The position numbers and the translations under genes were made by a program. 32,000 bases of DNA from an uncultured bacterium (GTDB taxonomy: Bacteria > Patescibacteriota > Gracilibacteria > UBA1369 > PNNO01). The DNA is taken from assembly GCA_963704705.1 (NCBI GenBank), contig OY969931.1, positions 540,001 to 572,000 on the forward strand, in the 5' to 3' direction. The notes under the pieces are model-generated. The model saw only the letters and a list, made by a program, of their open reading frames with translations. It searched no databases and had not been told where the DNA came from. Of this stretch, positions 1 to 6,916 are shown in pieces. Numbering within the stretch: the first letter of the stretch is position 1; the number at the start of each line of letters is the position of its first letter.

Positions 1-2
1 GT

Positions 3-3000
3 GAACTTGCACAGTCAACAGGAGGCTTTTTTAGCTGCGGAAGTAAAGAAGTTACAACATTCACTCAGTTCCAGGGCGGTTTACAGCCACCTTCGGCTGA
101 AGGATATGATCCTACTCTTACACAGCAAACTGATCTAAGAGATTTCATTGTTAATGCAGTGAATTTTGTACTTGGATTTTTAGGCCTTGTTGCAGTTGTA
201 ATGGTAATCTACGGAGGATTCATGTATGTTACGGCCGCGGGACAGGAAGAGCAAACAACCAAAGGAAAGAAAAGCGTAATGTACGCGATGATTGGTATAG
301 TTATTATTCTTATATCTTATGCATTAGTTAATACAGTTATTAAAGGAGTCGGAAAAGGAACAGATGCTGGAATTAATTCCGGGACTCAGCAACTTGCAGG
401 AGCAGCTCCTGAAAATTTAACGGGTGATCAGACTCAGGCAATTCAAAGATTATTTTATGCTGCGGCATTGCAGGTTCAAAGAGCAGCTGAAGATTTGGCT
501 ACTAATTATTCTCATTATGTTGATGTTGACGATGCATTGGCTCAGCTTGAAGCAGTACCGTATGTTGATCGCGCAGACCAATTACATGTATTTTTAGGAG
601 ATATTAAACGTGCATTAAGTAATATTATTTCAGCTTCAGGTGAGTTGAGCAGAACTTCTGAAGCAGCTAAGTTTGCAGAAGATTATGTTGATACATTTTT
701 AAATCAATCTCAGCAGCAATTGACTGCTGATTGGACTACTTGGTGGTCGGACAACAGTGCTGATCTTCAATATGAAATAGATGCAATACTTACAGAGTCA
801 GGAGCAGAAGGTGAAAGTATATGGAAAGCAAATCTGCTTGATTTTGCTGATGCAGTTGAAAAAATCATTAGTAATTTAAATGATTTAAAAAAACAGATTG
901 AAAGCTCAGGATTAGTTACAACTTCTGAAACTGATTTTGGTGTAGCTTTTGATAGAGCTGTAAATAGTTTGGAAAATCTAATACCAATCGGTTTTGAAGT
1001 TCCGACAAATCAAAAAGTGATTGACGCACTTGAAGCATTAAGTGATTTACACACCGTGGTTCAGAACATCAAGTTTGTAGCAGCAATTATTAATGCGGAT
1101 GTTACTAAAGGCAATGCTCCGTTAATAGTAAATGTTGACGCACTTAATTCAGTAAGACCGGATTATGAAAGTATTAATCAGGATGATATTGAATGGGATT
1201 TTGGTGACGGAACCATTGTTGAAGGTAAATTCGCTACTTCTCACATTTATAGGGAAACAGGAAGTTTTGTAATTAAACTTACAATTAAAGGTGATTCTGC
1301 TAAAGGAATTGCTTCTGGTGTTGCTTATCAGGATGTTAAAATCGGTCCGCCTGCATCTCAGATTAATTTAAATGTAACTGTAGGAGACAGATTCCTTGGT
1401 TATTTGAGTTTCTACAAAGACGGATTCCTGGTTATAGATAAAAATAGATTAAACGTAACTTTAACAGAAGCCCGTGATATTGGTATTACATTTGATGCTT
1501 CTGAAACAAGAGGCGGTTCGCAGTCAGAACAGGAACAGGAAGCAGGAGGAACATATATTCAAACTGTTTCATGGGATTTTGGTGATGGAAGCGATACAAT
1601 ATTTGGAGAAATGGTTGCGAATGATGTACAAACACATTATTACGGTGAAGAGGGGACATATCCTGTTATAATTGAAGTTGTTGATTCAAGAGGAATTAGA
1701 GACAGAAAAGTATTTGAGGTAGTTGTTGATTCACCGGCAGCAAGAATTGATTTGAAGCCTGGAACAACAGCGAGAATTAATGAGGATGTAACATTTGATG
1801 GTGGTCAGTCTTCAACTGATGGCGGCCAGATTTCAGGTTACAAATGGAGTGTTTCAAATCCTCAATTAAAATATTCAGCGGAAGAAACCGATGAAAGTTT
1901 TACTAGTTCATTTGAAAGCCCGGGAGTTTATGATGTTTCACTAGTTGTTAGTGACAACCTGGGAAATACAGCAACTGATAATACGAAACTTAAAATTGAA
2001 TCAGAGCCTCCAAAGGCACAATTTACTTATTCAATTCAGAACCCGAGTAAACCGCACATTTATATGTTTGACGGAACTCAGAGTTTTGATCCGGACGGAA
2101 ATATACAAACAGGAACTTATAATTATAAATGGACAATAAATGCCGTGGATGATGATTATGATTTCATTAATCCTGAAACAGGCGAGTATGACCCTGATGG
2201 TGATAGTAAACCAAGAATGTATGTGAAATTTTATAGAACAGGCAATTACAAAGTTACTTTGGAAGTAGATGATGTTAATGAACCTGATAATCCTGGTATA
2301 CCGCAAGAACAAACAGTTAATGTTAATAGTATTTTGGATGTTGAATTTATGAATGTTGATTCTGGTGCAGCTGCTATTTTGAATGAGGACAGCGAAGCAA
2401 AAGTAAATCTATTGGGCTTTTCTGAAAACGCGGTTGCTTATGAATGGGATTTTGGTGATGGAAGCAGTCCGGTGTCTGGCGACATGATTTCAAATCAGGC
2501 TGCAATCACTCATACATATACTCAAGCTGGAAATTATGATGTAAGACTTTCGGTTTTTGATCGCGAAGATAATGAAAACAGTATTACACGAAGAATTGTT
2601 ATCGGCGAAGCTGATTCACCAATAGCCGTTATATCGGTTAAATCAGGTGATGTTGAGATTTATGATTTAAGTGAACCTATTGAAGTTAACAGAAAAACAG
2701 TTCTTTCATTTAGCGCTGAAAGATCTCTTAACCGTGATGGCACAGGAAGAAGACTTGCATATCAGTGGGATTTTGGGGATACAGACAGATCTACAAATAA
2801 AGATGCTACTCATAAATATAGTGATTTAAGCCCTAAAGATCCTGGTTATTATACAGTTACACTGAAAGTTCTCGATCAGAATGATCTAACAAAAACTTCA
2901 ATAGCAACAATGAGAGTTAATGTAATTGGAGAAACTCCAAAGTTACAGGCATTTACTGCTGTTCCCCAACAAGCAGATCTTACAACTCCGGTTAGAGTTA

Positions 3001-4355
3001 AGCTTGAGGCAATTGGTGCAGAAGATCCTGACGGTCAAATAGTAAAATATTTATGGTGGTATTATGATGAAAATGAACCGGATTTAACTTTTGGACATAC
3101 AATCACTCAAACTCCTCAGGCTTATATAACTATTGGAACCCGAGGTAAAGAAGGAGATGAAGTAACTTATAAATTTGGAGTTCAGTTAACGGATCAGGAA
3201 AACTTCACAGGAACTGCAAGCGATCTGTTACCTGAAAATCTTATCCCTAGTTTAACTGTTATTAATGGCCCTAACGATGTGCCTATATCAACATTCTCAG
3301 TTGATAGGACTTCTGTGTTGGTTGGTGAGGCAGTTAACTTTACCAGTGGTTCTTATGATCCGGATGGTAAAATTGTAAGTTATATTTGGGATGTTGAAGG
3401 AGATGGGTTCGGAAATAATGAACCAACAAATAATTCAACAATTGCTTATACTTATGACAAACCTTACCCGGACGGTGTAAATGTTAAATTAAAAGTTATT
3501 GATAATAATTATGCTGAATCTATTTCAAAACCAGTTAAATTATTCGTGGATGTTGTTTCACAAGATCCTGTTGCTGCATTTAGATATGAACTGGTTGGAG
3601 ATAATAAAATTAAATTTATTAATAATTCTACTGCAGATGAAGAAGCCGGAGCCAAGATTGATTCTTATCAATGGGATTTTGATATAAGCAGCGAAAATGA
3701 AAGCGCTGACAGTAATGGTGATGGAATTTTGGATAATGATAATGATTCTGAAGCGAAAGATCCGGTTTGGACCTATGAAAAACCAGGAATATATAGAGTA
3801 AAATTAAATGTATTTGATTCTTATGGAAAATCTGATGAAGTAATTAATTTTGTAAATGTTAGACCTCAAACAACTACAAGCACAGCAATTACCTCAACAG
3901 GTGATTTGGTGGCTGACTTTACAACTACACCTGCACCAGATCCTGACGGAGTGATTTATTTGTCAGGTGATTATGGTGATGTAAGTTTTGATTTCACAAA
4001 TTCCAAAGGAACAATAACTAAATATGTTTTTGATGATAATATATATGTTGATTCGGATAATGACGGAAGAAAAGCTGATGATCAAGATTACACAACAACA
4101 AAAAAAGGTATTTATACAACAACCTTTAATTCAGAAGATGATAAAATAAAAGTCAGACTTACTGTTTATGGTCCAAATGATTCATTTGATGTAAAAGAGG
4201 TGGAAATAAGTTTTAATAAAGGTTTAAACGAAACACAAGCGAATATATTAGGCAATACAAATATTCCATTGATACTTTTGAACCTGGCTATATTTGGTAT
4301 AGTTAGTTTAAGTCTTTATCAATTGTCGTTAAAAGAAGTTAAAATTAAAAAATAA
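3..4355 (+). CDS. Giant envelope protein, 5'-truncated by the window edge: T4SS-pilin-like (TrbC/VirB2-type) two-helix hairpin, helical linker, about 10 PKD domains, C-terminal TM anchor
   Basis: Frame 3 is open from nt 3, with no stop upstream of the track's Met at 159, so the real start lies left of the window. The segment DLRDFIVNAVNFVLGFLGLVAVVMVIYGGFMYVTAAGQEEQTTKGKKSVMYAMIGIVIILISYALVNTV has the helix - AGxxE/KxxKxK loop - helix pattern I recall from the 'type IV secretion system pilin' family abundant in CPR genomes. About ten repeats carry the PKD signature W(D/E)FGDG ... Y.V.L.V.D. The last 30 aa are a hydrophobic helix followed by KEVKIKK. Confidence 0.9.
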   Translation, partial: ELAQSTGGFFSCGSKEVTTFTQFQGGLQPPSAEGYDPTLTQQTDLRDFIVNAVNFVLGFLGLVAVVMVIYGGFMYVTAAGQEEQTTKGKKSVMYAMIGIVIILISYALVNTVIKGVGKGTDAGINSGTQQLAGAAPENLTGDQTQAIQRLFYAAALQVQRAAEDLATNYSHYVDVDDALAQLEAVPYVDRADQLHVFLGDIKRALSNIISASGELSRTSEAAKFAEDYVDTFLNQSQQQLTADWTTWWSDNSADLQYEIDAILTESGAEGESIWKANLLDFADAVEKIISNLNDLKKQIESSGLVTTSETDFGVAFDRAVNSLENLIPIGFEVPTNQKVIDALEALSDLHTVVQNIKFVAAIINADVTKGNAPLIVNVDALNSVRPDYESINQDDIEWDFGDGTIVEGKFATSHIYRETGSFVIKLTIKGDSAKGIASGVAYQDVKIGPPASQINLNVTVGDRFLGYLSFYKDGFLVIDKNRLNVTLTEARDIGITFDASETRGGSQSEQEQEAGGTYIQTVSWDFGDGSDTIFGEMVANDVQTHYYGEEGTYPVIIEVVDSRGIRDRKVFEVVVDSPAARIDLKPGTTARINEDVTFDGGQSSTDGGQISGYKWSVSNPQLKYSAEETDESFTSSFESPGVYDVSLVVSDNLGNTATDNTKLKIESEPPKAQFTYSIQNPSKPHIYMFDGTQSFDPDGNIQTGTYNYKWTINAVDDDYDFINPETGEYDPDGDSKPRMYVKFYRTGNYKVTLEVDDVNEPDNPGIPQEQTVNVNSILDVEFMNVDSGAAAILNEDSEAKVNLLGFSENAVAYEWDFGDGSSPVSGDMISNQAAITHTYTQAGNYDVRLSVFDREDNENSITRRIVIGEADSPIAVISVKSGDVEIYDLSEPIEVNRKTVLSFSAERSLNRDGTGRRLAYQWDFGDTDRSTNKDATHKYSDLSPKDPGYYTVTLKVLDQNDLTKTSIATMRVNVIGETPKLQAFTAVPQQADLTTPVRVKLEAIGAEDPDGQIVKYLWWYYDENEPDLTFGHTITQTPQAYITIGTRGKEGDEVTYKFGVQLTDQENFTGTASDLLPENLIPSLTVINGPNDVPISTFSVDRTSVLVGEAVNFTSGSYDPDGKIVSYIWDVEGDGFGNNEPTNNSTIAYTYDKPYPDGVNVKLKVIDNNYAESISKPVKLFVDVVSQDPVAAFRYELVGDNKIKFINNSTADEEAGAKIDSYQWDFDISSENESADSNGDGILDNDNDSEAKDPVWTYEKPGIYRVKLNVFDSYGKSDEVINFVNVRPQTTTSTAITSTGDLVADFTTTPAPDPDGVIYLSGDYGDVSFDFTNSKGTITKYVFDDNIYVDSDNDGRKADDQDYTTTKKGIYTTTFNSEDDKIKVRLTVYGPNDSFDVKEVEISFNKGLNETQANILGNTNIPLILLNLAIFGIVSLSLYQLSLKEVKIKK

Positions 4356-4365
4356 CTATATAATT

Positions 4366-6693
4366 ATGGATATTAATAATCCTCAAAATAATCAGTCTGC
4401 AGAGAGTTTTGGAACCGAATCGGTTTCTCAGCCAGCTGCGCCGACTTCACAAACACCGGCACAAGCACCAACACCGGCACAAGCACCAACACCGGCAACG
4501 CCACATGCGAATAATATGCCACCGGCAACGCCACCTGCACCTAAACCGGCTCCGGCAGCACCGGTTGCAAAACCTGCAACAGTAACCCCGGGTCAAAGAC
4601 CCGCTCCTGGAAGACCAGTTGTTTCACAGGAAGCATTAATACAAAGAGAAAGAGGCAGAAATAAAAAACTTTTAATTGGTTGCGGAGGAGCATTCGGATG
4701 CGGAACATTATTGTTAATGATTTTAATTTTTGTATTTGTGGGAGCAGCAGGAACAGGAACAAGCGCATTGGCTCAGGCACTTAATATTGATCAGGGGCAA
4801 CTTGTTAATTCACTTATTCTAATAGTTAATTTGTTTTTTGGAGTAAGTGCATTAATAGCATTTATCTTGTCAATCGGAGGAATTTTCAGAGCTGTTATGG
4901 CGCGCCGAGATGATAAAATCACAAAAAGAAAGGGTTATATTATGTCAGGAAGTTCATTTGGAATTTTGATATTAATTATAGTTATGTGGGTTGGAGCATG
5001 GTTTTATCTTACTTCACAACAGATTCCTCAAACGGAAATTAAACCCACAGGGCTTATAACTGTGCCTGTAGATACAACTAATTTAACTGCACCAATTGAA
5101 ATAACTTTTGATGCATCAAATTTACCTTATGATAAAGCGACATACGATATTATCTCTTATAATTGGGATTTTGGAGATGGCACACAGGGTCCGGGAAGCG
5201 ATGTTGAAACACATCTTTATGAAACAAAAGGTGATGGAAGATACGATGTAACTTTGACTTTGACGTTTGTAAATAAAAAGACAAGTGAAGAGAGCACACA
5301 ATCACTTACTCATACTGTTACTATTGCCGACGAACAAATTGTTGCAATAATTTCAGCAGATAAAACAGAAGGGGATATACCATTGACTGTAAACTTTGAT
5401 GGTAGTAAATCTTCTGATCCTGACGGCACTATAAAGAGCTATGCATGGGAAGTTGATGGTAAGGGATTTGAAGAAGGTGATCAAACTTTCTCTTATACTT
5501 TTGATAAAGTTGGAGAATATACCGTAAGATTGCGAGTAACAAATGTTGATGGAGACACAAATATTGATGAAGTAAAAATAACTGCAAAGCTTGGCAATAT
5601 GCCTTCACCAGTTATTAATATTTTAAATTCTGAAACTGACGGTAAATTATTTACTGGAAAATCTTATACTTTTGATGCTACCGGAACTGCCAGTCCTGGT
5701 GGAACAATCAGAAGTTATGATTGGGATTTCGGTGATGGAACTGCAAGTGTAAAAACAAGAACAGCACAGCACACATTTACATCAGCAGGCACATATAATG
5801 TTATCTTAACGGCAACTGATGAAGCAGGGGTTTCCGCTTCAAAAGAAATGAATGTTCAGGTAATAGTTGCACCTTCAGTACCTGTAGCAGTGATTGTTAC
5901 CAATCCAGCTAAAGCAAAACCGGATGATAACTTTATAGAAGGCGTCGCACCGTTTGAAGTTAATTTTGATGCAACCAGCAGTAATGATCCTGATGATGAT
6001 ATTATTGATTATCAGTGGGATTTTGACGGTGATGGTGTATACGATGCTGCTGGAGAAACAGTTAATCATACATTTAATACAGTTGGTAATTATAATGCAA
6101 CACTTGTAGTTATAGATTCAGCCGGATTTGAAGGCAAAAAGGTAATATTGGTGAAAGCAATTTCTCCGGGTCTTCAGACTTCGTTAACAGCTGACCCAGT
6201 ATCAGGAGTTGTACCTTTAACAGTTATTTTTGATGCAACTGGTTCAAAGTACGCTGACGGACAGATTGTAAGTTATGAATGGGATTTCGGAGACGGAACA
6301 CCAAGAAGAAGCGACATAGGTCAGGTTACTTATAAATATACAAAAATCGGTAACTTTACTGCAAAAGTTAAAGTTAGAACAAATGACAATAAAGAAAAAG
6401 AAGCTGAAATTTTAATTACAGTAAGGCAGGTTCCATTGGAATCATGTTTTGAACCTTCTAAAACAACCGGTGATGCACCACTGACATTAACTTTGAATCC
6501 TTCTTGCGCTACTGGTACAATAGCAACATACAAATGGGATTTTGGAGATGGTCAGACCTCAACAGAACGAAGACCTTCACATACCTTTGAAAATCCAGGA
6601 AGTTATGAGATTATATTGGAGGTTGCGGACGCACAGAATGTTGTTGATACCTCATCTCAATTTGTAACCGTAACAGGTGAATTAACCCAGTAA
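4366..6693 (+). CDS. Polytopic membrane protein: Pro/Ala-rich N-terminal tail, 3 predicted TM helices, 6 PKD domains
   Basis: 775-aa ORF starting 10 nt after the previous stop. The N-terminal ~100 aa are low-complexity (QAPTPAQAPTPATP...PPAPKPAPAAP). Hydrophobic helices: LLIGCGGAFGCGTLLLMILIFVFVGAAG, LVNSLILIVNLFFGVSALIAFILSIGGIF, FGILILIIVMWVGAWFYL. Six repeats follow with WDFGDG / WEVDGKG / WDFDGDG PKD signatures. Confidence 0.9.
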   Translation: MDINNPQNNQSAESFGTESVSQPAAPTSQTPAQAPTPAQAPTPATPHANNMPPATPPAPKPAPAAPVAKPATVTPGQRPAPGRPVVSQEALIQRERGRNKKLLIGCGGAFGCGTLLLMILIFVFVGAAGTGTSALAQALNIDQGQLVNSLILIVNLFFGVSALIAFILSIGGIFRAVMARRDDKITKRKGYIMSGSSFGILILIIVMWVGAWFYLTSQQIPQTEIKPTGLITVPVDTTNLTAPIEITFDASNLPYDKATYDIISYNWDFGDGTQGPGSDVETHLYETKGDGRYDVTLTLTFVNKKTSEESTQSLTHTVTIADEQIVAIISADKTEGDIPLTVNFDGSKSSDPDGTIKSYAWEVDGKGFEEGDQTFSYTFDKVGEYTVRLRVTNVDGDTNIDEVKITAKLGNMPSPVINILNSETDGKLFTGKSYTFDATGTASPGGTIRSYDWDFGDGTASVKTRTAQHTFTSAGTYNVILTATDEAGVSASKEMNVQVIVAPSVPVAVIVTNPAKAKPDDNFIEGVAPFEVNFDATSSNDPDDDIIDYQWDFDGDGVYDAAGETVNHTFNTVGNYNATLVVIDSAGFEGKKVILVKAISPGLQTSLTADPVSGVVPLTVIFDATGSKYADGQIVSYEWDFGDGTPRRSDIGQVTYKYTKIGNFTAKVKVRTNDNKEKEAEILITVRQVPLESCFEPSKTTGDAPLTLTLNPSCATGTIATYKWDFGDGQTSTERRPSHTFENPGSYEIILEVADAQNVVDTSSQFVTVTGELTQ
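4453..4503 (+). repeat. In-frame 18-nt tandem repeat (about 2.8 copies) ACACCGGCACAAGCACCA encoding (TPAQAP)n
   Basis: Two identical units at 4453-4470 and 4471-4488, plus a partial third unit, read directly from the sequence inside the Pro/Ala-rich tail of the 775-aa protein. Confidence 0.85.
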
Positions 6694-6695
6694 TT

Positions 6696-6812
6696 ATGGC
6701 AATTAATAAAAGACAAAAGAAAGTTGTACAAATAGTCGGACTTTTGGCTATAACAGCGATAGTTATTACAAGCTTTGCTCCAGCTATAGCAATTTTATTC
6801 TCACAGAAATAA
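6696..6812 (+). CDS. Small single-TM protein (38 aa), not in the ORF track (below its size cutoff)
   Basis: The ATG lies 2 nt after the stop of the PKD gene. Translation is MAINKRQKKVVQIVGLLAITAIVITSFAPAIAILFSQK*: a basic N-terminus followed by one hydrophobic helix, ending in TAA at 6810-6812. The position suggests translational coupling. There is no homology evidence. Confidence 0.4.
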   Translation: MAINKRQKKVVQIVGLLAITAIVITSFAPAIAILFSQK

Positions 6813-6826
6813 TTTAGAGCATAAAT

Positions 6827-6855
6827 TTGACCACGCAACTATAAAATGGTATAAT
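6827..6855 (+). promoter_or_regulatory. Sigma70-type promoter: TTGACC - 17 nt - TGgTATAAT (extended -10)
   Basis: TTGACC at 6827-6832, a 17-nt spacer, and TATAAT at 6850-6855 preceded by TG at 6847-6848. It lies 61 nt upstream of the ATG at 6917. Confidence 0.6.
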
Positions 6856-6860
6856 ATATT

Positions 6861-6881
6861 AATGGTATTGTACCATTTTTT
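6861..6881 (+). terminator. Short AT-rich hairpin plus T-tract (AATGGTA-ttg-TACCATT-TTTT): weak terminator of the PKD operon or a 5' stem-loop of the next mRNA
   Basis: A 7-bp perfect stem (6861-6867 / 6871-6877) is followed by a T run to 6881. An upstream copy AAAATGGTA (6843-6851) can alternatively pair with TACCATTTT (6871-6879). Confidence 0.3.
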
Positions 6882-6916
6882 AAATATTTAATTAAAAATA
6901 AATAACAAAAATAAAC

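Noticed and set aside
4359-4364. TATAAT hexamer between the two PKD genes, considered as an internal promoter.
   Set aside because: It ends 1 nt before the ATG at 4366, too close even for a leaderless start. It has no TTG-type -35 at 17 nt. It is most likely a chance occurrence in AT-rich spacer, and the genes are better explained as co-transcribed.
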